Positions 1 to 9,886 of a stretch of 64,000 nucleotides of DNA are shown piece after piece. Both the position numbers and the translations under genes were made by a program. Source of the stretch: Candidatus Latescibacterota bacterium (GTDB lineage: Bacteria; Latescibacterota; UBA2968; UBA8231); NCBI GenBank assembly GCA_965243025.1, contig CBDETY010000003.1:6144001-6208000 (forward strand). The letters run 5' to 3'. The notes beneath the pieces were generated by a model that saw nothing but the letters and a program-made list of their open reading frames with translations, did no database searches and was not told the origin of the DNA. How positions within the stretch are numbered: position 1 is the first letter of the stretch; each line of letters begins with the position of its first letter.

Positions 1-579
1 TTCGTATTCCCCGAGATCGTGGCCAATCCGCTGGTGATCCAGGTCAACACCGCGCTCCTGGGGGAGGGTATCTTCAACAGCTTCTACAACGGCAATACCA
101 ATTGTCCCGGCAGCGTTGCCCAGCCCCTGCACCGGGACGGGCCTCATCTGTGGCCGGGTCACGAGCCCCCCCATCCGGCCGCCTGCGTGGTGGTGAACAT
201 CTCGCCCCACGACGTGACGGAAGAGAACGGGGCAGTGGAGCTGTGGCCGGGCACGCATCTGCACCCCTTTCCCGAAAGCGAAATCGACAGGGAAACCGAA
301 GAGGCGCAAAGAGAGGTTTCTCCTCCCGTGAGCGGGTGCGCGAAAAAGGGAAGCGTGCTGATACGGGATGTGCGGCTCTGGCACAGAGGGGTGCCGAATC
401 GTTCGGACCGGCCGCGGCACATGATTGCGCAGGTCCACTGCATCCGCTGGTACCGCAATCGCGGACCGGTGAAATTCAACACAGGTTGTGAAGATGCCTT
501 CCCCGATGATTGCGGTATGGATCACAATGCGGAATTCACCGGGGATCCGATCGATTATCTGTTGCTGAAACGGGGGTAA
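1..579 (+). CDS. Phytanoyl-CoA dioxygenase (PhyH) family protein, 5'-truncated by window edge
   Basis: Frame open from base 1 (FVFPEIVANP...); QPLHRDG (HxD), ENGAVELWPGTH and LWHRGVPNRSDRPR are PhyH Fe(II)/2OG motifs. Confidence 0.85.
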   Translation, partial: FVFPEIVANPLVIQVNTALLGEGIFNSFYNGNTNCPGSVAQPLHRDGPHLWPGHEPPHPAACVVVNISPHDVTEENGAVELWPGTHLHPFPESEIDRETEEAQREVSPPVSGCAKKGSVLIRDVRLWHRGVPNRSDRPRHMIAQVHCIRWYRNRGPVKFNTGCEDAFPDDCGMDHNAEFTGDPIDYLLLKRG

Positions 580-638
580 GTGATGGATGAGGTGTTGTTG
601 AAGGAATGGATTCCCCCGCGGGAATTGGGGCCGGCGCG

Positions 639-1469
639 ATGACGCCGACCGACGGTTGGATTCCCGCGGAGGGCAGTCCGGCTGGGATTCTGGAACGGTT
701 TCCACGGCCGCTCGAGGCGCTGGTGGCAGGGGAGATTCCCGGCGTTGTCCTTCGTGAAGCTTTCGATCCCGATCACTGCGCCGGCCTCGTGAAGCGGCTC
801 TACGAACGCGGCCTGGCATACGACCCGCGTCCTGCCGGGGAGGGAGAGCGCCCGGTGTACGTCGGTCCCCACCTGGCCGGGCTGAACGCCGACCCGGAGA
901 GGTTCTTCGCATGTGCCGCCGACACTCACCGGCTGTTCGGGAGCCTGTTCGACGGGTACGGCGACCCGGTGAAGACCTTCTACGACTCCCTGTCGGCCCT
1001 GGCCCCCGGCAAGCGGGTGATGACCGCCCGCGAGCCGGACGGGCGCCTCTACGGACCGGCGGTCTTCCGCACCTACTACGCCGGCGCCGGACACGGACCG
1101 CATTTCGACTCGGTGGCAAAGCGGCAGAAGTTGTTCAGCTACGAGGTGTCGAGGTTCCGGAACCAGCTGGCCGGGGTGATGTGCTTCCAGAACTCGGAGC
1201 AGGAAGGGGAGTGCGGAGAGCCCTTCCTCTACAACTGCCCCTGGACTCCCGAGGTGCAGGGGTACATAAGCGAAGGCACGTTCGCGGAGTACGCGGCCGG
1301 GCGGGGCATTCCCAGGGTCCAGATCGAGCTCGAGCCGGGAGACCTCTACTTCTTCTTTTCGGAAAACATCCACGAGGTGCCGCCGGTGACGGGGGAGAGA
1401 CCGCGAATCGTGCTGGCCGCTTTCTTCGGCATGTCCCCGGACGACGAGGAGATTTTCGTCTGGTCGTGA
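639..1469 (+). CDS. 2OG-Fe(II) oxygenase superfamily protein
   Basis: GPHFDS (HxD), distal PGDLYFF..ENIHEV and R in ERPRIVL; start ATG 639 or ATG 606. Confidence 0.7.
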   Translation: MTPTDGWIPAEGSPAGILERFPRPLEALVAGEIPGVVLREAFDPDHCAGLVKRLYERGLAYDPRPAGEGERPVYVGPHLAGLNADPERFFACAADTHRLFGSLFDGYGDPVKTFYDSLSALAPGKRVMTAREPDGRLYGPAVFRTYYAGAGHGPHFDSVAKRQKLFSYEVSRFRNQLAGVMCFQNSEQEGECGEPFLYNCPWTPEVQGYISEGTFAEYAAGRGIPRVQIELEPGDLYFFFSENIHEVPPVTGERPRIVLAAFFGMSPDDEEIFVWS

Positions 1470-1526
1470 GCGGGCAGCTGCCGCGCTCGAAGGCGGAACG
1501 CCCACAGCCAATCAGGAAAGACAGGA

Positions 1527-2624
1527 ATGAAAATTGCGAAAGTCGAAACCTTCCAGATCAAAACCCCGCGCTATTACCAGGAACACCCGGTCCAGACAGG
1601 GGAATGGACCGGCCACGTGGTCGTCAAGCTTCATGTCGAGGACGGACTCGTGGGACTGGGAGAGGCGCCGGACAGCCTGGCCGATGACCTGGGCGCCATC
1701 GCCGCGCGCTACAACGAGCTGCTGGTCGGACGCGACGCCACCCGGATCGGGGAGATCAACGAGTTCCTGCGGGCGCAGGACTTCGCCAGCACGGTGAGCA
1801 ACTCGCACCTGACCGCGGCCATCGACCTGGCGCTCTACGACCTCAACGGCAAGCTGCAGGGAGTTCCGGCCTGTCAGTTGCTGGGCGGAAAAATGCGGGA
1901 GAGCGTGTACTTCTGTTACCCGATCATCGGGCAACACCTGCAGGGAGGTTTCGAGCGGAACGCCAGCTACCTGCAGCGGCTGGTCGACCTGGGGCACCAC
2001 CTGTTCCGCTACTACATCTCGGGCGACAGCGGTCTCGACGACCGTTTCCTGAGCGAGATGAAGGCGCGCTTCGGGGAGAAGATCCGGCTCAAAGCGATCG
2101 ATTTGATCGGGAGCTTTCCGGACTGGGAGTCCGCCCTGCGTTATGCCGAGGTCCTGCGCCGCCACGAACCTCTCAACTTCGAGCAGCCGTCGAACGACCT
2201 GCGGGTGTGCGCCGATTTCGTCAAGCGGGTGGACGTGCCGGTCAGTCAGCACATCGGCAGCCTGGAGGAAGGGCTCGAGGCGATCGAGCGGGGCGCGTGC
2301 ACCGTGCTCAACCTGGCGTGGATCTGGTGGGGGCCCACCTACGTCCGCCGCATGTTCGCGCTGGCCGAAGCCGCCGGTTTCAAGGCCTTCCTGTCCACCG
2401 ATCAGGACTCCACCGTCGGGACGGCCGGGGCCGTTCACCTCGGCGTTTCCGTTCCCAACCTCGACCTTCCCTCCGATCCGGCCGGCCCCCTGCTGTACAC
2501 GGTTTCGCCGGCCAAAGAGCGGATCCGTACCGAGAACAGCCACCTGTATCCCCCCGAGGGTCCCGGGCTGGGGGTCGAGCTGGACGACGACAGGATGAGA
2601 GAGCTGACGTTGGCCTCCGCGTGA
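1527..2624 (+). CDS. Mandelate racemase/muconate lactonizing enzyme family (enolase superfamily)
   Basis: GLVGLGEA, AAIDLALYDLNGK..GVPACQLLGG, FEQP, PEGPGLGVELD; AGGA upstream of ATG. Confidence 0.9.
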   Translation: MKIAKVETFQIKTPRYYQEHPVQTGEWTGHVVVKLHVEDGLVGLGEAPDSLADDLGAIAARYNELLVGRDATRIGEINEFLRAQDFASTVSNSHLTAAIDLALYDLNGKLQGVPACQLLGGKMRESVYFCYPIIGQHLQGGFERNASYLQRLVDLGHHLFRYYISGDSGLDDRFLSEMKARFGEKIRLKAIDLIGSFPDWESALRYAEVLRRHEPLNFEQPSNDLRVCADFVKRVDVPVSQHIGSLEEGLEAIERGACTVLNLAWIWWGPTYVRRMFALAEAAGFKAFLSTDQDSTVGTAGAVHLGVSVPNLDLPSDPAGPLLYTVSPAKERIRTENSHLYPPEGPGLGVELDDDRMRELTLASA

Positions 2625-2824
2625 CTTTCCGGCGCTGCCGGGTGTGGCAGGAAGCATCGGTCCCCCCGGTATGCCTTCAGGAGGCTGGGTACGGTATTGT
2701 CTGGAAGAATGAGATGGGAGCCAGAAAAGGGTGCCCCGGCGTGGATATCCAACCGGGAAGGGACGCACCGTGGGGATTCCGGGCGGATCATGGAGGTTGA
2801 CGGCATGTACCGGGAAGGTTCGAG

Positions 2825-3721
2825 TTGAACGAGAAGCTGGTCAGGGGTATCTGGCCGGCGCTCTGCACGGCCTTCGACGACAGCGGCGCGCGCGTCGACG
2901 CCGGGCGTCAAAGGGCCCTGGTCAGGGCGCTGATCGACACCGGGATTCAGGGATTCTTCGTCTGCGGCGGCACCGGGGAGGGCAGGGCGATGTCCATGCC
3001 TGAGCGTACGGAAGTGGCCGAGATCGTCGCCGAAGAGGTGGCAGGGGCAGTCAGGATCGTCCTGCATGCAGGCGGCACCTCCACGGAAAACGCCGTCGAG
3101 CTGGCGCGGCACGCCGCGGGCCTGAATGGAATCGACGCGGTCGCCTCGGCGGCCCCGGTCGATGCACCCAGCGACCTCGGCGCCGCGGTCGCCCACTACG
3201 CCGCCATCGGAGCGGCCACCGACCTGCCATTCTACGTGTACTGGCTGAGGCGCGAGGCCGATACCGGGGCCACGGCCGACAGCTTTCTCGAAGCGATGCG
3301 GGAGGTTCCGAACTTCGCGGGGGTGAAGTTCACCGACCACAACCTCTACCTCTTCGGCCAGCTCATCGACTGCTCCGGCGGGATAAACGCCATTTCAGGG
3401 CCGGATGAAATGGCCTTGCCGGCGATGGTGATGGGCGCCGACGCCGCCATCGGCACCACCTACAACATCATGCCGGAGATCTTCCTCGGGATGCGCCGCG
3501 CCTTCGATGCCGGCGATCTCGCCGCGGCGCAGGCCTGCCAGCGGCAGGCGAACCGCGTCATCCGCCTGCTGCTCGAGGTCGGTGCGCTGCCGGGAGTAAA
3601 GCAGCTGCTCGCCGACCGCGGCACCCCGGCGGGACCGGCGCGGATCGTTCCGCCTCTGGACCCCGCCGCCAAGATCGCCCTGCGCGCCGGTCTCGAGCAG
3701 CTGGACATCGAAGTTCGCTGA
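2825..3721 (+). CDS. DapA/N-acetylneuraminate lyase family aldolase
   Basis: CGGTGEG, catalytic Tyr (FYVY), Schiff-base Lys in GVKFT, AIGTTYN resembling NanA IGSTYN; TTG start. Confidence 0.85.
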   Translation: MNEKLVRGIWPALCTAFDDSGARVDAGRQRALVRALIDTGIQGFFVCGGTGEGRAMSMPERTEVAEIVAEEVAGAVRIVLHAGGTSTENAVELARHAAGLNGIDAVASAAPVDAPSDLGAAVAHYAAIGAATDLPFYVYWLRREADTGATADSFLEAMREVPNFAGVKFTDHNLYLFGQLIDCSGGINAISGPDEMALPAMVMGADAAIGTTYNIMPEIFLGMRRAFDAGDLAAAQACQRQANRVIRLLLEVGALPGVKQLLADRGTPAGPARIVPPLDPAAKIALRAGLEQLDIEVR

Positions 3722-3875
3722 AGCGCGCAGAACCCCTGACGGCGGCCGCGGTTCGAGTTTTTTCCGGTCGTCAACCCCGGACCGCCCCGACCTCAAAAAA
3801 CTGCTCGAACTGCCGGGCGCCACCGGGATCGGCGGAGACCCGAGAGCAGATAAAACTTCGAACTGGAGGGATTGA

Positions 3876-5816
3876 GTGACTGATGCAGGCTCTTCAAAGA
3901 AGGTGACTGTCCCCGGGTTGGTGGAGGTCGCCGCGACGCAGGTTGCCCCTCCTCCTGGATGGGCCCTCCTGGAACGCCGGCTGATTACGCTGATGGAGGA
4001 TGCCGCCGCCCCGATGGTCGACAAGTACGCGGAGAAAGGGGGCGCGTTCTACTTCGCCGACGACGTCGACGATCTGTACGAAAGGGTGTACAACTGGGGC
4101 CTGTTCTACGCCATGGGGGCCGATCGAAAGGTGCTCGACCTGGCGCTCCAGCAGTGGAATGCCACCACCCGTTTCTTCGCCGACGATATCGTCAGCAGGG
4201 TGCACCCCCGCTTCTGTCCACAGATTCACAACGAGTACTACAACCAGGGTTCACCCGGAGCGAACGAGTGGCACCACCAGGGCGAGGGCAACATGGCCTT
4301 CTACCATTTCGGCCTGGCCGACCCCACGATCTCGGAGAACGTTCGCCGTTCCAGACGGTTCGCGGCGATGTTCATGGACGAGGATCCCGAGGCCCCCAAC
4401 TACGATCCCAAACACAGGATCTTCCGAAGCCCAATGCAGACCAGCGTCGGCCCCATGCGCCGCGCCAGTGCCGCCAATGCGATCATGTGGCTTCAGGGGG
4501 GAATACCGAGCATCGGGGAGTCAAACCGCTACTACGGCGTGCGGGCAACCCTGTACCCGGTGGTCGAGGACCTGGAGCCTGACTGGTTCGAAAACCCCGA
4601 ACGCCGGGACGCGATCCTCGAGCTGTTCGACGACATCGTCCTCAACGGCGACGTCGCCAACAGCCTGGGCGCCACCGCCCTGGTCACCAACGCATACCTG
4701 TACACCGGCGAGGAGAAGTACAGGCAGTGGGTGCTGGAGTACACGCAAGCCTGGATGGAACGGATGCGGCGCAACGGCGGCATCATGCCCGACAACGTCG
4801 GACCGACCGGCAGGATCGGCGAAAACCGCCGGGGCCAGTGGTGGGGCGGGCTCTACGGATGGAACAGCTTCGTCGGCTACAACATAATGTTCAATTCGCT
4901 GACCATCGCCGCCGAATGCGCCGTCCTGCTCACCGGCGACTTCGGCTACCTGGAGCTGCTGCGCTCGCAGATCCGGATCCTCATGGACAATGCCGTCACG
5001 CGGGAGGACGGCCAGCTCCTGCTTCCGGCCCGCTACGGCCCCGGGGGTTGGGAGTACGCCCTGGGGGACCCCGGCAAGCGGCAGCCGGCACCGTTCCGCA
5101 TGCAGGAACTCGCCCACCTGTACCACATCTCCATGGCCGCAGAAGACTACGACCTCATCGCCAGAATCCGGGAGACCGACCAGGAGCGCGACTGGAATCA
5201 CGTTCCCGTCGTCGGAGAAAAGAACTACGGCGACACCGAGCTGGCCCGCTTTCAGTACTACGACGGCAGGAATCCCGACTGGCCCGTCAAAATCCTGCAG
5301 GCCGAGTACGAGAACGCCCGGACCGCTTGCGAGTCGATCCGCAACGAAACCCGCGATGCCCGGGCCCTGATCGCAGACAACCACTGTCCTCCCAATCCCG
5401 TCTACACCAAGGGGTTGACGCAGGTGACCATGGGGGCGCCTCACTCGGTGTACACCGGCGGACTGCTGCGCGCGACCCTGCGCTACTTCGATCCGGACCG
5501 CGCCAGGCCCGGGCTGCCGCCCGGGGTCGCCGCCCTGGTCGACAAGCTGGGGGACGGGACTGCGGGGGTCCACTTGGTCAATCTGGATGCCGGGGAAACG
5601 CGGAACCTGATCGTGCAGGCCGGGGCATTCGCCGAGCACCGGTTCGTCGAACTGACCAGCGGCGGCCGGACCATCCCGGTGGAGTCGAAATACTTCGCGG
5701 TCCGGCTTCCGCCCGGTGCATCCATCCGGCTGGACATGGTCATGCGCCGCTTTGTCAACCGGCCCACCTACGCCTTCCCCTGGCACGGGGAGGAGATCCC
5801 GGTGCCCTACTGCTGA
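3876..5816 (+). CDS. Hypothetical 646-aa Trp/Tyr-rich protein, possibly an alpha/alpha-barrel carbohydrate-active enzyme
   Basis: Long ORF with GGAGG RBS before GTG and typical codon usage; no motif recognised with certainty; no signal peptide. Confidence 0.75.
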   Translation: MTDAGSSKKVTVPGLVEVAATQVAPPPGWALLERRLITLMEDAAAPMVDKYAEKGGAFYFADDVDDLYERVYNWGLFYAMGADRKVLDLALQQWNATTRFFADDIVSRVHPRFCPQIHNEYYNQGSPGANEWHHQGEGNMAFYHFGLADPTISENVRRSRRFAAMFMDEDPEAPNYDPKHRIFRSPMQTSVGPMRRASAANAIMWLQGGIPSIGESNRYYGVRATLYPVVEDLEPDWFENPERRDAILELFDDIVLNGDVANSLGATALVTNAYLYTGEEKYRQWVLEYTQAWMERMRRNGGIMPDNVGPTGRIGENRRGQWWGGLYGWNSFVGYNIMFNSLTIAAECAVLLTGDFGYLELLRSQIRILMDNAVTREDGQLLLPARYGPGGWEYALGDPGKRQPAPFRMQELAHLYHISMAAEDYDLIARIRETDQERDWNHVPVVGEKNYGDTELARFQYYDGRNPDWPVKILQAEYENARTACESIRNETRDARALIADNHCPPNPVYTKGLTQVTMGAPHSVYTGGLLRATLRYFDPDRARPGLPPGVAALVDKLGDGTAGVHLVNLDAGETRNLIVQAGAFAEHRFVELTSGGRTIPVESKYFAVRLPPGASIRLDMVMRRFVNRPTYAFPWHGEEIPVPYC

Positions 5817-5945
5817 CCGGAAGGAAACGACGCGCGAGGCCGATGGATTGCGGGGACTGCTGCTGGTCGATCGGTACAGGCTGCGGGCATTCCAGCCGCA
5901 GAGGTCCTCCAGGGCGGCTCACCAGGCCCGGACTCCCCTGTCGCG

Positions 5946-7040
5946 CTATCCCTTGTACTTTGGGAACAGGGGATCCTCCAGAGCTTCCGCGTAGGTCTGG
6001 GACCGTCCCGACTGGTCGCCTCCGAGCCATCGATAAGGGGTCGGGTAGAGCGTCAGGGAGCGGTCCTCGAGCGGCAGCTTCAGCGGCACGCTGCCCCACA
6101 GCGCCGAGTACTTGGCGGCGATGGCGACTTCGAGCGACTGCCGCAGGTCGTGTCCGGATACGGCGAGCTCGCCGCCATTGGCCACCACGTCGAGAAACGA
6201 CAGGATCGAGGTGCCCAGGTAGGAGAACCGGGGATACTGTTCCGGTGTATACGGCCGGTCCACCCTGACCCGGGCGCCGCTGCCGTCGAAACCCCTGTAG
6301 ATTTCGGGAGTCGCCCAGTTCCAGCGGATCAGGGCGTCGTCGGTCCATACCTCGATGCCGCGGAAAGGGGTTTCCCATCCGAAGACAGGGCAGCCGAGGC
6401 CGTTGCTCAAGCGGAAATGGCCGTTGACGACCAGGCCTTCGTCGCTGTCGCTGCGCAGCGCTTCCTCAGGGGTTCCCCAGGCGATGACCTCGGTCACCTC
6501 GGCCTGGGCGAGGAGCCGCAGCACGGCGATATGCTGGCAGCCGCCGCCGGAGATCTCGCCGGCCCCCCACCGGTGCACGCTGGCGCCGCGCAGCTCCCCG
6601 TAGTCCCCGGCGCGCAGCCAGCCGGCGACCTCCTGGAGGTCGGAAAGCGCCCGCTTGAGGTTGCCCCCCGCAAAGACGACGCCGCGCTCGGCGCACACGT
6701 CGACCATCTCGTCGGCGTCGGCGAGGCAGGCCTCGATCGGCTTGTCGGTGGAGACCCCCTTGACCCCCGCCTGGGCGCTGGCGATCACCGCCTCCTTTAT
6801 GTACTTGCCGGGCAGAACGACCGCGGCGATGTCGGGCACGACCTCCCGGTACATGGCCTCCGCGTCCGGGTAGAGGGCCTCGATGCCGAAGCGTTCCCCG
6901 ACCGCCCGGAGCCGCTCCGGGTTGCGTTCGGCAATTGCGACAAGCTCGGTATCGGGCAGCGTCTGGTACACCTCGGCGTAGTGCTGGCCGAGGCGCCCGC
7001 ACCCGATGATTGCAACTGTGTACCTTGGTTCAGCCTTCAT
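5946..7040 (-). CDS. Gfo/Idh/MocA family oxidoreductase
   Basis: VAIIGCGRLG Rossmann motif, TDKP (EKP equivalent), GGGCQH; AAGGAG RBS before ATG at 7040. Confidence 0.9.
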   Translation of the reverse strand: MKAEPRYTVAIIGCGRLGQHYAEVYQTLPDTELVAIAERNPERLRAVGERFGIEALYPDAEAMYREVVPDIAAVVLPGKYIKEAVIASAQAGVKGVSTDKPIEACLADADEMVDVCAERGVVFAGGNLKRALSDLQEVAGWLRAGDYGELRGASVHRWGAGEISGGGCQHIAVLRLLAQAEVTEVIAWGTPEEALRSDSDEGLVVNGHFRLSNGLGCPVFGWETPFRGIEVWTDDALIRWNWATPEIYRGFDGSGARVRVDRPYTPEQYPRFSYLGTSILSFLDVVANGGELAVSGHDLRQSLEVAIAAKYSALWGSVPLKLPLEDRSLTLYPTPYRWLGGDQSGRSQTYAEALEDPLFPKYKG

Positions 7041-7151
7041 GGGTTGTCTCCTTCCAGTGAAGGATTCCGTCATTCCGGGAATTCAGCAGCAGCATCGCTT
7101 CAGAACAGCCTGGGTTTCCCGGGAAACGAGGTCGCCGCACACGGCGTACAA

Positions 7152-7184
7152 ACGAAAGGGCCGGTCTCATGTCGAAACCGGCCC
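7152..7184 (-). terminator. Intrinsic terminator downstream of tRNA-Arg(ACG)
   Basis: Minus strand GGGCCGGT-TTCGACATGAG-ACCGGCCC followed by TTTCGTTT. Confidence 0.65.
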
Positions 7185-7201
7185 AATGCCGATGAAACAG
7201 A

Positions 7202-7278
7202 TGGTGCACCCATAGGGATTCGAACCCCAAACCTCCTGATCCGTAGTCAGGTGCTCTATCCAATTGAGCTATAGGTGC
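7202..7278 (-). tRNA. tRNA-Arg(ACG)
   Basis: GCACCTATAGCTCAATTGGATAGAGCA-CCTGA-CTACGGA-TCAGG...GTTCGAATC...GGGTGCACCA; cloverleaf with encoded CCA. Confidence 0.97.
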
Positions 7279-7340
7279 ACGCCGCGCTTTCGCGCGCAAG
7301 TCCCAGCAGGCACGTAAGTTAGGCGCCGACGGCGCGGTGG

Positions 7341-8510
7341 TCAACCGGCGCCGAGGGCCTCGAGGTACTTGTACCCGCTTCCCGTGTTGAAGAGAACGAC
7401 GCGGTCGCCGGGGTCGATGAACCCCCGCTCCTCGAGGGCGACGATCCCGGCCAGGGCGGCGCCACCTTCCGGGGCGGCGAAGATGCCGGTGAGCCGCGCC
7501 ATCCGGTGCGTCGCCTCCACCAGCTCGCTGTCGCTGACGGCGATGGCGGTGCCGCCGCTCTCGCGGATCGCCCGCAGCATCAGGAAATCGGCGACCGCGG
7601 CCGGCACCCTCAAGCCGGAGGCAATCGTCGAGGCATCTTCCCAGGGCCGCGCGTCCTCGGTCCCTTCCTCGAAGGCGCGCACGATCGGGGCGCACCCGGA
7701 AGCCTGAACGGAGATCATGCGCGGCCTGGCGGCGCCGATCCAGCCGAGCCGTTCCATTTCGTCGAACGCCTTCCACATGCCGATCAGCCCGGTGCCGCCC
7801 CCGGTGGGGTAGACGATGGCGTCCGGCAGCTCCCAGCCGAGCTGCTCGGCGAGTTCGTACCCCATGGTCTTCTTGCCCTCGACCCTGTACGGCTCCTTCA
7901 GGGTGGACAGATCGAACCATCCTTCCGCTTCCCTGCGCTCGGCGACGATGCGGCCGCAGTCGGTGATCAGCCCGTCGACCAGCTCGAGACGGGCCCCGCA
8001 GGAGCGGCACTCGACCTGGAACGCCGCCGGGGTGTCTGCCGGCATGAACACGTGCGCCTCGAGACCGGCGGCGGCGGCGTAGGCGGCCAGGGCTCCGCCG
8101 GCGTTGCCGGCCGTCGGTATGGCCAGGGCGCGGGCGCCCCGGGCGGCGGCGGCGGTCACCGCGGCGGAGAGGCCGCGCGCCTTGAAGGAGCCTGTGGGGT
8201 TCGTCGATTCGTCCTTGATGTAGAGCCGCCGCAGCCCGGTCTCCGCCCCGAGACGCTGCGCACGGAAAAGCGGGGTGAACCCCTCCCCTAGGGTGACGAT
8301 GTCGTCGCCGGGACGCAGGGGCATCACCTCGCGGTAGCGCCACATGTCGGCGGGGCGGCCGGCGAGGCTGTCCCGCTTCCAGGAGGCGGCGGCCGCGTCG
8401 AGGTCGTAGCGCGCCAGCAGCGGAGCGCCCGCCGCGGAGAGGTTGTGCAGCTCCCCGGCGTCGTACCGCTCTCCCGTGCGGGAGCACTCGAGGTGGGTGA
8501 GGCCGCTCAC
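7341..8510 (-). CDS. thrC: Threonine synthase (fold-type II PLP)
   Basis: TLGEGFTPL, NPTGSFKARG (PLP Lys), TAGNAG, EGKKTMGYEL, PTGGGTG, NTGSGYK; GTG start overlaps nadD stop (GTGA). Confidence 0.88.
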   Translation of the reverse strand: MSGLTHLECSRTGERYDAGELHNLSAAGAPLLARYDLDAAAASWKRDSLAGRPADMWRYREVMPLRPGDDIVTLGEGFTPLFRAQRLGAETGLRRLYIKDESTNPTGSFKARGLSAAVTAAAARGARALAIPTAGNAGGALAAYAAAAGLEAHVFMPADTPAAFQVECRSCGARLELVDGLITDCGRIVAERREAEGWFDLSTLKEPYRVEGKKTMGYELAEQLGWELPDAIVYPTGGGTGLIGMWKAFDEMERLGWIGAARPRMISVQASGCAPIVRAFEEGTEDARPWEDASTIASGLRVPAAVADFLMLRAIRESGGTAIAVSDSELVEATHRMARLTGIFAAPEGGAALAGIVALEERGFIDPGDRVVLFNTGSGYKYLEALGAG

Positions 8511-9091
8511 CGGTAGAGCCCGTTTTCGCGGATGTAGGATTCGACCGGGCGGGGAACCAGCCAGCGGATCGGAAGCCCGGCGCTGACGCGTTCGCGGATG
8601 CCGGTGGAGGAGATGTCGATCACCGGGGTATCGACGAGAGTCACGCGGCCGGCCAGCGGGGAATCCCACGGGGGTCCGGGTCCGGCGCGCGAGCCGGCGA
8701 CCACAGTGCAGAGCTCGAAGATGCCCTCCGGATCGTACCAGGTGTCAAGCTCGGCGACGTTGTCGGCTCCGAGCAGCAGGAACAGCTCGCTGCCGGGGTA
8801 TTGCCGCCGGAGCTGCCGCAGGGTATCGACGGTGTAGGATTTCCCCGGGCGGTCGATCTCGATCCGGCAGGGCTCGAAATCCGGGGAGCCCGCAAGGGCG
8901 GCGCAGACCATCTCCCACCGGTCTTCAACGGGCAGCAGCCCGCCGCCCCGGCTCTCCTTGTGCGGGGGGTCTGCCGCAGGAACGAAAAGCACGCGGTCGA
9001 GAGCGAGGTGTTCCTTGAGAAACTGCGCCAGCAGCAGGTGGCCGGTATGGATCGGGTCGAAGGTCCCGCCCATCATCCCGAGGCGCGGCAC
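8507..9091 (-). CDS. nadD: Nicotinate-nucleotide adenylyltransferase
   Basis: GGTFDPIHTGH, PPHK, SYTVDTL, LGADN, ISSTGIR. Confidence 0.95.
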   Translation of the reverse strand: MPRLGMMGGTFDPIHTGHLLLAQFLKEHLALDRVLFVPAADPPHKESRGGGLLPVEDRWEMVCAALAGSPDFEPCRIEIDRPGKSYTVDTLRQLRRQYPGSELFLLLGADNVAELDTWYDPEGIFELCTVVAGSRAGPGPPWDSPLAGRVTLVDTPVIDISSTGIRERVSAGLPIRWLVPRPVESYIRENGLYR

Positions 9092-9094
9092 GGT

Positions 9095-9886
9095 TCACTC
9101 CTGCCCGGGGTCGCCGACTTCCTCCAGCCACTTCTCGACCTTGCCCCTCAGCTCCTCCTCCTCGCACTCCTCGATGACCTCGCTCCAATGCAGGCGCGCC
9201 GCCTCGAGATCCTCCTCGCGGCGGGCGACGTCGCCGAGCATCGCCTTGCCCCAGCAGTACCAGCGGGTGTCGGGATAGGTGAGAAGCAGGTCTTCGTAGC
9301 AGATGTTGGCCGCCTCGAGAAAGCCCTGCTTCTGGTAGAACCAGCCTGCGAGGTACTGCTTCTTCGCCAGCTGCGAGCGGCAGGCGGCGATGCGGCTGCG
9401 GGCCTCTTCCAGCAGAGGGCTTTGCGGATTGTCCTCGAGGAAACGGCGGAAATGCGTCAGCGCCTCGTAGGTCTCCTTCTGATCGTGCTCCGAACTGCGC
9501 ATCTGCATGAAGTGCGACTCGGCGATCTGGAACTGGGCGCGTTCGAGGTAGCCGCTGTGCGGGTAGGAATCGACCAGCCGCTGGTACTCGAAAACGGCGT
9601 TGACGAAGTCCTCCATGCGGAAGTAGGCCTCGGCGAGGTGGAACTGGGCCTCGGCGACCAGGGCGGAGCCGGGGAAGTTGCTGACCACCCGCTGGAACAT
9701 TTCGACCGCCTGGAGGTAGCGCTTGCGCTCGAGGGCCTTCATCCCCTCCTGGTGGTAGTATTCGACCCCTCTGAGCGCTTCCTCCTTCTTTCCCGCGCAG
9801 GCGGAAATCAGAACCGCGGAAAGGGCGGCCCACAGGAGCGGCAGCGGCCTGCGGCGTCCGGGTTGCCGGGCAGGTAGGAGCCCCAT
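9095..9886 (-). CDS. bamD: Outer membrane protein assembly factor BamD
   Basis: Lipobox ISAC; TPRs with AQFHLAEAYF, DQKETYEAL..F..F...P.S, LAKKQYLAGWFY; ATG overlaps upstream TGA. Confidence 0.88.
   Translation of the reverse strand: MGLLPARQPGRRRPLPLLWAALSAVLISACAGKKEEALRGVEYYHQEGMKALERKRYLQAVEMFQRVVSNFPGSALVAEAQFHLAEAYFRMEDFVNAVFEYQRLVDSYPHSGYLERAQFQIAESHFMQMRSSEHDQKETYEALTHFRRFLEDNPQSPLLEEARSRIAACRSQLAKKQYLAGWFYQKQGFLEAANICYEDLLLTYPDTRWYCWGKAMLGDVARREEDLEAARLHWSEVIEECEEEELRGKVEKWLEEVGDPGQE

Noticed and set aside
1-7278. Genomic island integrated at the tRNA-Arg(ACG) 3' end
   Set aside because: No integrase and no duplicated tRNA 3' end seen; a normal terminator follows the tRNA and composition matches the flanks.
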